64,000 nucleotides of DNA from positions 186,001-250,000 of the forward strand of contig JADIIX010000012.1 of the NCBI GenBank assembly GCA_027604505.1. Reading direction: 5' to 3'. The DNA is from Gonapodya sp. JEL0774. Lineage: Eukaryota. Position 1 is the stretch's first letter, and each line of letters begins with the position of its first letter. This document shows positions 31,481 to 42,966 of the stretch, one piece after another. The notes below the pieces were generated by a model, which was not told the DNA's origin, did no database searches, and worked only from the letters and a program-made list of their open reading frames with translations. The translations under genes and the position numbers were made by a program.

Positions 31481-34400
31481 ATGACAACTATTGCGTCTCC
31501 CGTTTCTGTCTTCTCCCCTCTTGCGTCCTCTGTCTCTGGTCCCGTGCTTGTTTCATTTCCTTCACTCCTTCCATTTGTGTTTTTCTCGCTCGGCGCCGTC
31601 TCAGGAATACTGGTTTTGAACGCGAACGCTGTCTTGGGTCACTACAACAGCTTGAACCACTATGCTTCTCTAAAATCACTTCTCAATGTGCCGACTGGAG
31701 CGCAGTCGATTTTCGCTGCGATCGCGGCGGCAACATTGAAAGTTACATCGGCGCTTTCGTATTATCCTACACAGCTTGCGGTGCGTGGGCCGACACACGT
31801 CGCAGCGGGAAACTACGGGGCTCGAGCCGACTCAATTGGAGCCGACACATGTGTCCACGATGAAACTGACCGTAATTCCGACTTGCTTTCTTCGTCGACG
31901 GGTTCGGAGTCGGATTCAGGTCCCGAGTTGTATTCAGATGAGTACTCGTACTCCGGCTCTTCAGATGAAGACGAGGCGGACTCAGACGCTGATGAATTTG
32001 CTGGTACGAATGGAGAGCCTTTCATCATGAGTGGACAATCCTATCGGCACGGACACCGTGGGGACGTCTCGCATTCTCCGCGGATGCCGAACCCTTTCTC
32101 GTCAAACGTGGCCCGGTCTACAGCCTCCTCGTTGTCCCCCTCCGACTCCGCTCGCAATTCTCCAGACTCATCCGCTGCCCCATATCATCCGTGGTCGTCC
32201 CCTACTGATCGTCAACCATTCCTTGCGACTTCACCTGACTCTCCTGTCACGTCCTCCTTATTAACATCCTCTTCCTCCAACCTTCCCATCCCTCTTCCTC
32301 CTGCGTCGAACGAGGTTCTGGGAGCAGGAGCGGGACCTGTGCCCAGGGAACCACTGGCGTCAATGAGCTTGTCGGTTTCCTCCCCCACAGAATCGGAGCG
32401 TGAAACACCTCTGATGATGTCACCGTCACCCTCTCCGACGCAAATGCCGGCGGTCAGCAGTAGGGGCAGGATAGAGCAAGGATATATGGTTGGTGTTCCG
32501 GACACGGACGGAGGTGATGTCTCCCACACTGACAGAGAGTTCCGCGGCGCCTCGAACGCTGTTCTTCTCCTGGACATGCCAGCGATCGGTATCAACGACG
32601 GAGCGGATAATGGAGATCGAGATAATTCTGGCTCTGCCGAATCATTCGTCGGGCAAATAGAAGAGAGCTGGCGACGTACCGAATTGGCGGTAGACTGTCC
32701 TCCTCAGCAGGTCACTGTGGAGTCGATTCATAGCGAGCATGAAACGGAGCAAAAGGTTGCAGAATCGGACAACGAGAATAATGGAAATTTTGAGTTGTTC
32801 TCACCAGAGAATGAGAACAACCCCAACCTGGACTCCCACGTCAATCAAGACATGTCCGGAATTGCGTCAGACTCCCTCAACCCTGCAGACCAGGACTTAA
32901 TCTTCCTATCGTCACCGGATACGTCGCCTGCCGTGACTGACATACCCACTACGACGGGTGGTAACGTAGTTCGTGCGACAGCCTCCCCCCCCCTGTCTGA
33001 ATCTCCAACTTCTCCGACCTCCCAACGACCCGCTTCCTTCTCGTCTCCTGAAATAACCCCCGAACTAGACCCTGACGAAACCCCGACACTCCTCCGTCTC
33101 TGCTATGCCGTCGCGGAGGACTCCTCTCGCGTCCGCGGACTTGTCCACCGCGGCACTGTCTGTGACGGTTGTGGCGCCTCACCAATCGTGGGGGCAAGAT
33201 ACAAGTGTATCAATTGTCCCAATTATGATTTGTGCGAGGCATGTGAGGAGAGGTGTGATGGCGGAGATGGGGTTGATGAGGAGGACGGGGTCTCACAAAA
33301 GCAACCGCCCGAACCTCACTCGCGCATTCACTCCAACCGGACCGACTTATTGCCCGGAATTCACTCGCGTACACACGTTTTCGCGAAAATGAAGGTGGCA
33401 GTTCCGCCTTTGGCGAATAGAATGGGAGCTCCTATGGTCGGTCGGACATTTTATCCAGGAACGCCGTTTTATAGGAGTCGATTGGCCAAAGAGGTAATCG
33501 ATGCGCTGGTGGAGGAAACGCACTGTAAGTAAGATTTTTCGTTGTGGGCGAGGTGTGATGGTGGGAAATGTCACTCACTGAAGATTATCGTTCCTCATTG
33601 TCTCAATCTTTCTGGACCACCTCACCTCAACTCTTTCCTATTCTAAACTCAAGTCGACCCATCGGAGCTTCTTGCCTTCCACGCGCAACATCTTTCGCTC
33701 TCCACCGACCGCCGCGGCATCTCCCGCTCCACCTTTGCCATGTGCCTTGGTCCCTTGGGCACCATGCCCCGCAATTTGATTGCCGACAGAGTGTTCTCAT
33801 TTTTTGATAGAGACGGAGACGGGTTTGTGGGGTATGAGGAGATGTGTAGGGGTTTGGGCGTCATGTGTAAGGGCGGTTTGGACGAAAGAGTGAAGTGTGA
33901 GTTTATTGCTTGTGCGGCACTGTTGGGGCCTCATCTCCCCACTAAAGTCTCTTTGACTGTCTACTTGATCCAATTTTTGTTTTAATCGAACATGGCTTCC
34001 GAACCCCCACCGACCCTTCGCAGATGCATTCCACTCTCATCACCTCACTCCCCACCCTGTCTCTGGCCAACCGACCTTGCTTCCTTCGGATCTTCGACGC
34101 ACCCTCGCAGCGTATTTTCTTCTCTCCACTGAGCTCGTCCGAGATGTTGTGAAGACGATGGAGGAAGGTATGATGGAAGGATTTGACGAGGAGGCGAGCA
34201 AGCCGGTCAGTGCGCAGTTTACCGCAGGCGTACCGAGTGGAGGGAGCGAGGCTCACGCTGGGGAGGAAGAAAGTGATCGAAGGAAAGAGAAAACGAGGTG
34301 TGAGGAGGATGTGGTGTTGGAGGATGCGAGTGCTGGTAGTGAGACCGCCTCAGCTATCCCTGGAGAAACTAGCATGAGTCGCCATCCTCCATCTACACCA

Positions 34401-35065
34401 GTTTCGTTTACTTCACGGACATTCGCGGGGATGTCGTCAAGAAGTGATCCGATTTGGCCATGGAGTGACGATGATGAGGGAACAATCGAATGTGATGAGA
34501 CAAACAGGCCGAGCACGCCTAATGACGGAAGCGCGTTGTGGCGAACGGAAGGCCAGAAAAAAGAGAAAGGTAAAGGGAAGGCGAGAGATTTTGAACCATC
34601 CACGGACTCCACTTCGTCGGCATCGGGACTTCCTCCCTCTCGGGCACCCACCGCAGCTGACCTGCCCCCTCGCGCGGCGCCAACCCGCCATTCCCGCTCG
34701 CTTCGAATCTCTCCCGGCCCTGCTCGTTCTTCTCGATCCAGCTCTAACCCACCCATTTCTGCCTCTGCTTCCACCCCGGTTGGCGCCACTTTCTCTGCAC
34801 GCTTCAGCCCCCAACTCTCGGCGACAAGGCACCCCGTAGTGCACTCGCTGGCACAAGATGCCATTCGCGAAATGGTGGACATGACATTTAAGAAAGCGGG
34901 TTGCGCTGAAGGAGAGGGAATGACTGAGGAGCAGTTTGCAAAGGCTGTGGAAGAGGATGGGAATTTGTTAGCATGGTGAGTTGGGCAAGTGGAATTATGA
35001 TTCAGCGCGAGTGCCGTTCTGACAATAAGCTCGATAGGTTTGAGGCGCTTGGAAGCGTGTTTTGA
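31481..35065 (+). CDS. ZZ-type zinc finger and EF-hand domain protein (fungal family)
   Basis: HRGTVCDGCGASPIVGARYKCINCPNYDLCEACE (ZZ), HSRTHVFAKMKVAVP, EF-hand FFDRDGDGFVGYEEM, and terminal LAWFEALGSVF* after a final intron. N-terminal hydrophobic segment. Confidence 0.85.
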
Positions 35066-35199
35066 GTTTAGATACTGTAAAAACTTCGCTGGCCCTCTCA
35101 AGCCACCTTGTCTCGCATTATTCTTGACTCAATTGATGTAAAGAGTACAGATGATCCACGAAATGCAGATATACGTAGTTGCCTCTCTGTGATAACTGT

Positions 35200-35330
35200 C
35201 ATCTCAACTACAAATCACACAGACCAACGTGTTACCACACCAAGCAAAAATTATGCTATTAGAATTCATCTCAACTTCAAAGTCTCACAGACCAACGTAT
35301 AATCACACCAAGCAAAACTTATGCAGTTAC
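35200..35330. repeat. Degenerate two-copy tandem repeat (~67 bp period) in the spacer between convergent genes
   Basis: catctcaactacaaatcacacagaccaacgtgttaccacaccaagcaaaaattatgc (35200) versus catctcaacttcaaagtctcacagaccaacgtataatcacaccaagcaaaacttatgc (35267). Confidence 0.8.
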
Positions 35331-35372
35331 ATACTAATATTGATTGAAGCCATGCAAATTTAGAATGCTAAA

Positions 35373-36773
35373 TTAATCTACGGAAAGAATCGCAGTCTCA
35401 ACTAGTCGGAGACCTCGCAAACTAAAATCTTTCACACTACCGTAGATTTTGACGAGAGTTCTCACAACGCCAAAAAGGACCACCACCACAAGTATGATAA
35501 GGCCAAGTCGGGAGGTACTCCGCGCACCCCCACCCCCACCTAGAGACCAGCGGCCCCCTGAGTTGGATGGGATTTGTTGTGAAGCAAGTTTAGCGATCAT
35601 AAGCACTCTGACCATAGATCGCTATGTTCGTTGTTACTGACCACCATAATGCCACTCAGGAAACGGTGACGTGAGAAAGCTCACGAAGAACTGTATCGAC
35701 GCAAAGACTCCGACCAGAAATGCCCCCGCCAAGAAATGCGAGAAATCAATGTTCGTCAGCGCGAGCGATTCTGGACCAAACGACAGATATCCGAGCCAGT
35801 CGTCTTCATCGTCAGCCAATGGCAGTTGGCGGTTATCGGAAGAATTAGGTTCTGGAGGTTCGAGAACCCAGTAACGAAGAACCAATTTCGAAGCAAAACC
35901 AGAGAGAAAAACAAGTAAGGAGAACAGGGTGAAGGTGACCAGGAAGAGGACCACTGTTGCAAAATCGGAATCATCATAAGATCGACCAACAACAATAGAT
36001 TCTCCAGATAGCAAATGACTGCTTGAAAGCGAAAGTTCTACTATGCATGTAGACTGGGCACTGCGCTCCGCAAGTGTTCCAACAAAGAGGTCGCAGTACG
36101 CGTCCCACTCCACCGCAATAAGCGCACTACCTTTCACCCATATCCTTGCCTATTCCAATACTGAAAGGACTGCGAACGATCAACAGTCTCCGCCAATGTA
36201 CGATTCGGTTCTCGGTGCTGTTGGCACCGAGTACTCACGTTCATTCATTACCATTTTGGCCCAGAATGTGCGTTGAAACTGATATCGGTACTTGCATTGG
36301 TCACATTCGTAGAAAGATTCCTTCTTTTGTGACTTTTTCCGCCACTCATTGAGGCACTCTGCGTTGCGCATGGATGAATTATGTTGTAGTTTCATTCTCC
36401 CAGTCTTTCTCACAGTCGAGGGCACGCACCCAGGTGGACATATCGCATCGACCCTTTGCACTTACAGGGCGATATTAATCGTCTTTTAAATGGTGTGAGA
36501 GCGGATAAATATTCACCAGCAGTCACGCAAGTTAAGCGTATCATCTCACTTTTCTGGCTCATCCTCACGAGACTGGAAGCAAATACGGCAGAACTGCTGG
36601 TCACTGTCCTCAATTTTTCTGTTGAGATGTTTCTGGGCATGTGTTGTCCGTTCCATGACTGTGGTGGAAGATCGCTCACTCGAAGACGTCCGAAGTGTAT
36701 AGGAATGATTCGTGATAGATCGAGGCTGGTATGTCAATGTTTTATCATCCCACACATGCTCTTCATCCGACAT
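35373..36773 (-). CDS. RING-CH (RINGv/MARCH-like) membrane E3 ubiquitin ligase
   Basis: CRICF...RLISPCKCKGSMRYVH..CLNEWR...CDQCKYRY (C4HC3), followed by several hydrophobic TM segments. Confidence 0.85.
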
Positions 36774-36903
36774 CAAGCGTAATGTGATCGAAAGCGAGCG
36801 AGGGTTTGTGTGCGGTTCTCTTCAGAATTTCGTGTCACATTGTCTATGAATCTATAATTTAGCATTATGTACTCCTCCCACTAAGAAAAATATTGGTCAG
36901 CTG

Positions 36904-39900
36904 TTATGATTTGAACGATTTGCAGAAAGAGGAACACCCACTCATCAGACTTTCCACTGCCTCTGACTCTTCCATCTCTTCTTCATATTCTCGCTCTCTC
37001 GCAGCTTCCGTTCGCACCTCTTTTGACGCGTGTAATCGCTCTAAAATGGTTTTCTTCGACGGTCTCCACGAAGCGGCAAGTCTAGTCATCCGCAATACGC
37101 GATTGGAAACGGACATGTTGTCCCGACGCTGCTTGCCTTCACGCCTATATTGTCCGATTCGCTTCACCAGTTCCCACAGAGTACCACTTGGTTGATCCAA
37201 GAACCCCAAAGGTGGGATATAATCTGGGTGGAGTGCAAGGAATGTATGTGCTGGAGACTTTGACGCTGTTTGCGGCGGCATAACCGTGCCCACAGACGAC
37301 GTCCCCCTTGAAGCGGGTGTTATAGAAGCTAATGGGCGAGATTTGCGGCCAACAATGACACCCATCTCTTGAAGGCGGGCCAGCGCATTCTTCAATGTTT
37401 CTTTATTGTACGCTTCCATTGTGACCAAGTCCCCTAGAGATCGGCGTTTGGTTATCATGCAATCTGTTCAATGAAACTAACTCACCTTCGTAATACAAAG
37501 TTCGACCAAACATCTGCAGTCTTGCCATCAAAGTACCTTCGTCTACCCAATCAGAGGAGCCACCACCATCGTTAACGAGAGTAAAGAGGCCAACTGTCGC
37601 GACCCAGTACGCCTCCACAAATGGCCAAAGAAGGAAGCAAAATAGGTCTTTAAAGTGCGAGCATTCATCAGTTGATTGGATCTTATTCCCCAGTCCAGCA
37701 AGTCTCACCATACGTTTCTCTGCCGTTAGTGACTTCCTCTTTGGATAACGCGACCGTTCCATTCAAAGAATCCCCGAACCCGGTGCGTTCCACGCTGACG
37801 ACAGCCTTTTCCTCCAAGTACTTCAAAGTGCCCCAAACAGTGCTCTCAAGTTTCCCCGGTTGATAGATGAACTCGCCTTTGAGAAGTTGAGAGAGAAAAG
37901 ACACATTATCAAGGAGATCAGGTTTGATGAGGATCCTGCGTGGTCAATCAACAAGAATAAGACGAAGCAAACGAATAGGGTACGTGCGGGCTTACCGGCG
38001 ATGATTCGAGCGATGGCCAGAGCTGAAGGTGACACAGTTCGGGACGTCATTACGAGTTTGTAATCACTGTTGACCAGGCATGCCAACAAGAAATAAACCC
38101 ACTTTTTGATGGAAATGTACTGTCGCAATTGTTTTCCAAATAATATAAGGAGCATGCAAAATTAGGAACAATGCAAATCGCTCACCATGGACAATGTGAG
38201 TATGGACTCGGAAACGAAGAGATTTATAACATTGTTTCTATACAAGGATAGCTCGAAGGGTTTGATGGCGTAGTAAACAGGCTCGAGAAGCCCTTTGCGT
38301 TCACCTATGTAGTCCTTAATGAGCGAAGAAATATGAGCCCAACATTCAATAAGTGCGGTTGTTTGGACTCACTCGAATGACCGATAGAGCTCGGTCGACA
38401 ACAACCGGTGTCGTCATACCACCAAAATCTGCAACGGTACCGCCCTTCCCTATTACTTCCCCTCGCAGCCACGTGACTCGACGGATCAACTGCATAAATT
38501 GAGCCACGAGGTTTGAAATTAAGCAGTCTACCCATTCCCATTACTGTTCACCGACCTCTTCTCTTCCAACTCCATTTCCTCGCAACGTAAGGAGTACAGT
38601 GCCCACCAAAGCCGTGGGCATAACCACAGAGACGGCGTTGATGTTACTCAGAATCTGAAAGCCGAAAGATTGAAGAAGAAGCTGTCGGTGCTCAGTGTTT
38701 GTGGCGGGATTGAAATGTGGTCGCCTGTCGAACATGGAAATGTGCAGAATCGCTGTCCAAACCCACCCCAGCAATCAAGAAACCACAAAAACAGACCTAT
38801 CCGTTGCGATTTCTTGCTTGATGAATTCGCTCATGAGATACGGCTTAGCGAACCGGATATCAATACGTCCGAGCCTTAGCTGTGAATGCAGGACCTGAGT
38901 GTGGACCCTCAATTCCTTTCGATCACGACACTCACCCCAAGAACTCTGCTTGCACTCGCGATCCCGGCAAGTGATTCTGGTGTTTTCTCACCACCAAGCA
39001 GTTCGGTAGCGTACGTGCTTGTTTCCACGACGTTATCCTGCAATTTATGGAAACTTTACTCAATTTGAGTAACCATTGCACCAAAGGCTCAAAACCCACG
39101 TATCCGATGGACAGCGGAACAATGATACAATCTTTGGTTCGTCCATACAAAACACTTTCTTGTATCATCTTCAAAATGCTGAACGAAAGTCATACATCAC
39201 CTGAGAAGGGCGCGAAAGTGGCTGGCATTAAACTCACCCAAATCGAGGTGTCAAAAGCTTGCCCGTCCGGCTACGGGTACCTTCTATGAACACCTCTATG
39301 TGATCATTGGGCGAAATCAGTGAATTAAAATTGCGTTCGTCAAGACACCCCTTGTTAAATCGAAAAGAACGATATAATAACGCACCAATGTTGTGCCCTT
39401 TCTTCAAAAGCAGATCGATGTATTCACGAACGAGGACCGAATATAGAGGAGTGTCACCCCAACCGCCTCTCCGAATGAAAAAAGCCCCACACTTGCGCAA
39501 AACAGGACCAACCACGGGCAGATCTCTGCAACCCAATGAAGCTAACCATGACAAGTCGACGTAATTGATTCAAACCTAACGCACAAGTTGTTACCCGCGG
39601 CAATATGCGGCAAAGCAATTCCAAGCCTGAAAAGAATGTAAGAAATGACCAAGTAATCGATATGGGATTTGTGGGAGGGCAGGAATATCATAGAGAGTTT
39701 CTCCTCTTCACCCTTGCGAGCCCATTTCTTCATCTCGATAATTTCTGACTCCCGAATGTGGATTCCTTGATGATACATTCGTTGCAAGATATTGTTGACG
39801 ACGAACTCCATTAGATGCAACGCCGTGAGACTGGACATATCGGCGATGAGTCCTCCAACCTCCCGATGAAGCTTCTCCCACGTCTTCTTTTTAAAGGCGG

Positions 39901-40327
39901 AAAGGGATGGACGCTTTGTGAGGTCTCCAGTATATGAATCATACTCCTCTTGAGCATGCTTTCGAACTTCAGTTTTCACTGGGAGATATCCCCGTGGTAT
40001 TCCGAGCAAAATTACACGAATAGACATGTAGGTAGGTCATCAGTAAAGATGTATTCAAGGACGGATCGCTTTCACACGAAAGTACATAATCGACTCACAG
40101 GATTCGGAGTTTGTCAAGTCCCCCGTAATATCCGCATAGTATCCCGGACAAAAAATATCGGCACCTATGTAGTCTCTCTCCTCCCTCCATGAAGCACCGC
40201 CCAACCAGCTCTTGGTTTTGGTACCAGGTTCCGTGAGGGTGTTGCCCTCACGTAGGACATAAGTTGAACCCGTGTGCTCATGAATGTCGACAGTCTCCTT
40301 TGGAATCAGTGATGACCGTCGCTTCAT
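36904..40327 (-). CDS. Glycerol-3-phosphate / dihydroxyacetone-phosphate acyltransferase (GPAT/GNPAT family)
   Basis: Acyltransferase motifs FLPSHKSHIDYL, PHIAAGNNL, GAFFIRR, FIEGTRSRTGKLL and IVPLSIGYD; C-terminal FLLWPFVEAYW and LYYEGDL. Start uncertain. Confidence 0.9.
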
Positions 40328-40600
40328 CTTTGCATCAACGTTGCTGGCAGGTGCGAAGATGGTCAGGAGAAAGTGGGGAAGAGCCTCATGCCGACTACTT
40401 TATTCTTCACTCCAGACAATATATAATACATGTGCAATTTTCGAGACTGAGTCCTTGCCCCTCTAAGCGATTCAGCAATCGTTGCAATGCTTCCGCAAAT
40501 CTACCATCGCCGCACTGATCCAGAACATTTCATTTAGTTAAGTTGGGACTTGCGGCATCTTCAATCTCGCCGGCTCGCACTTCGTCACGACAACATTCAT

Positions 40601-42811
40601 TCACCAGCCTTCGAGCGTGTTCTTAAGGCGGTACTTGGCCATATCTGAATAGAAACCCACTCCACTCAGCCAATGTATCGTCTATGCACCACCAATCCAA
40701 CAAACTGCACGCCAAAGCTACGTACCCGCAATGGTGATCATTTTAATCCCAAACTTTTTCGCGAAAACTTCCAAGTCGTCCCTCCTTGCCATCTCGCCAT
40801 CATCTTTTACAATCTCGCATATGACCCCAACAGGTGTCAAACCAGAAAGCTTGCAGAGATCTGTCCCAGAAACGATGAAACAATGGACACAAAAAGCACA
40901 AATGAATTCATCGAAGTAAGAGGGAAATTATCCACAGTGTGAAACTCACCAACAGCGGCTTCGGTATGACCAGTTCGCTTTAGAACACCACCGCGGTGTG
41001 CACGAAGGGGTAAAATGTGTCCCGGCCTGGCAAAGTCTGCAAGTTTCATTAGGTTGTTGGCGGTTAAATGCACCGAGGAGCTTCTCTGCATCCATAGCAA
41101 ATTTCCCCACCTGCAGCTTTCCTCTTCGGGTCTGCTAACCCTCTCACTGTAGCTGCCCTATCAGCCGCTGAGATTCCAGTGGTGGTCTCACCGATGAGGT
41201 CGACAGTGACGGTGAAGGCAGTCCCCATATACTCCTTATTGTCATTGTTCGAGACCATCAGGGGGAGGTTCAGTTCTTCAAGGCGTTCGTAGGTCATAGG
41301 GGCGCAACTGCAATATCAAATGATGACGATTTGGGGTGGTGGGAATGCAATTTCAAAGAAGAAAGGAAGGTGTCAACAACACCCAAAGGTAGGGTATTCA
41401 AAGAGTCAGGGAAATTGGGTCACGTACACAAGACCACTACTGTAACGAATAAGGAAGGCCATTTTTTCTTGGGTCATGAACTGCGCTGCAATGATAAGGT
41501 CTCCCTCGTTCTCACGGTCCTCTAAGGTTTAGAAATGAGACCGTAAGACCGCAAAAGGACAAGAGAACATTTCGAACCCTGCACGAAGGAGCTGAAATGG
41601 CATCTACGTACCATCGTCAACGACTATGAGGAACTTGCCCTCGGCTGGAAAAGTGGGTTTCATACCAGCACGGACTATGAACATGTTTCTCGCTCTTACC
41701 AAAGTCCTTTAACGCATCCTCGATAGTGTCGAACCTATGCTTTTGGGCGGATGCTGCAGCCCCTCCTGCCGCTGCAACTCGTTCTTCAAAGTTCGCCTTC
41801 ACAACTTTCTCGACCACACCCTCCAAAGCCCTAAGAGCTTCCTCGTCCCCGGCGACGCGGTCGGCGACACTAGCAGGAAGGGAGCCAAGTGCTTGTTGGT
41901 GAGCCGTTGCGATGCGCTCGGAACTGGGCGCGCCGGTTGGTGGGGTGGAGGTGCCACTGGAGTTGGCATGTAGGTTACGGACGACACGGTCGACGTACTG
42001 AAGTGATGAGTTAACAACGGACAAAAGCAGTGTGACGGTAGCCCACAATGCGAATGACCGTCAGCGAAGTGGAACAAATACCTTTCCGACAACGTCTACC
42101 TCGACGTTAACCTTGTCCCCAACTGCAAGGCGACCGAGGTTGATGTGTTCAAGGGTGTAAGGTATCAACATTACAGAGAACTCCTTTGCCTGTGAGTCCG
42201 CCCGGATGACTGTGAGAGATGTACCGTCCAGAGTAATGAACCCCTTTGGGACAATGAAGGTGAAGGCATCTGGAAGTTGTTCCGTAGACGACTGGGGGAG
42301 GTGGAATGTAAAGATGACAGAGTTGGGGGGTTCCTGACGAATAGAGCGGATCGTTGCGGTGGTGTCAACGTGTCCCTGAATGTTCGGGTCGGCAGGAATC
42401 CCGGCCATTCACGGGGTTCAGTCACGGTTCCGAAGACATTCAAACCAGCATTAGCGACAGGAGGACAATGTGACAGTATATTTTCGACGTTGCTGGAGTA
42501 ATCACCTGGACAAAGTGTCCGCCAAATCTACTTTTTGGTGCGATTGCCCTTTCAAGGTTGACCAGTGACCCAGGTTTCAGAGCCCCGAGAGCAGTACGGG
42601 AGAGAGTTTCCGGTGACAGATCGAAAGTGAAAGAAGCGTCTGCAGTCTCAATCTTTGTTACAGTGAGGCAAACTCCGTTCACATTGATGGAGTCTCCCAG
42701 CTTGGTGTCCTCGAGCAGAGCGGTGCATCCGCTTACGACCAGACGGGTTTCTGAGTCACGGGCGGCCAATTCGGCAACAGACGCAAGAGCTTCAACGATG
42801 CCAGTGAACAT
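40601..42811 (-). CDS. RIB5-RIB3: Bifunctional fusion: riboflavin synthase (Rib5-type, N-terminal) + 3,4-dihydroxy-2-butanone-4-phosphate synthase (Rib3/RibB-type, C-terminal)
   Basis: MFTGIVE...[13 protein letters not shown]...VNLERA...GGHFVQGHVD...[13 protein letters not shown]...[12 protein letters not shown], then a linker, then [32 protein letters not shown]...TAFTVTVD...[10 protein letters not shown]...[10 protein letters not shown]...[11 protein letters not shown]...ICEI. All junctions checked are in-frame GT-AG introns. Stop at 40601. Confidence 0.88.
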
Positions 42812-42966
42812 TCTGCAGTGATGACTGTGAAAGAAAGACTAGGTGAAGAAGGATCTGCTAGTTTGTGCCACCAGCCCCCAACGGCAGCCAGCTGAGGACA
42901 GAAAGTCGCTAAAAATTGTTTCCGTCCTTGATCGTCAGAATCGTCTTCCAAAATTACAAAATTACG

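Noticed and set aside
34253..35101. 282-aa antisense ORF (similarly 3203-3832, 53098-53649, 56986-57732)
   Set aside because: Antisense to well-supported or likely exons with low-complexity composition; no independent motifs.
40601..41740. DHBP synthase as a separate gene
   Set aside because: No in-frame ATG or stop between it and the riboflavin synthase C-terminal helix in the shared exon.
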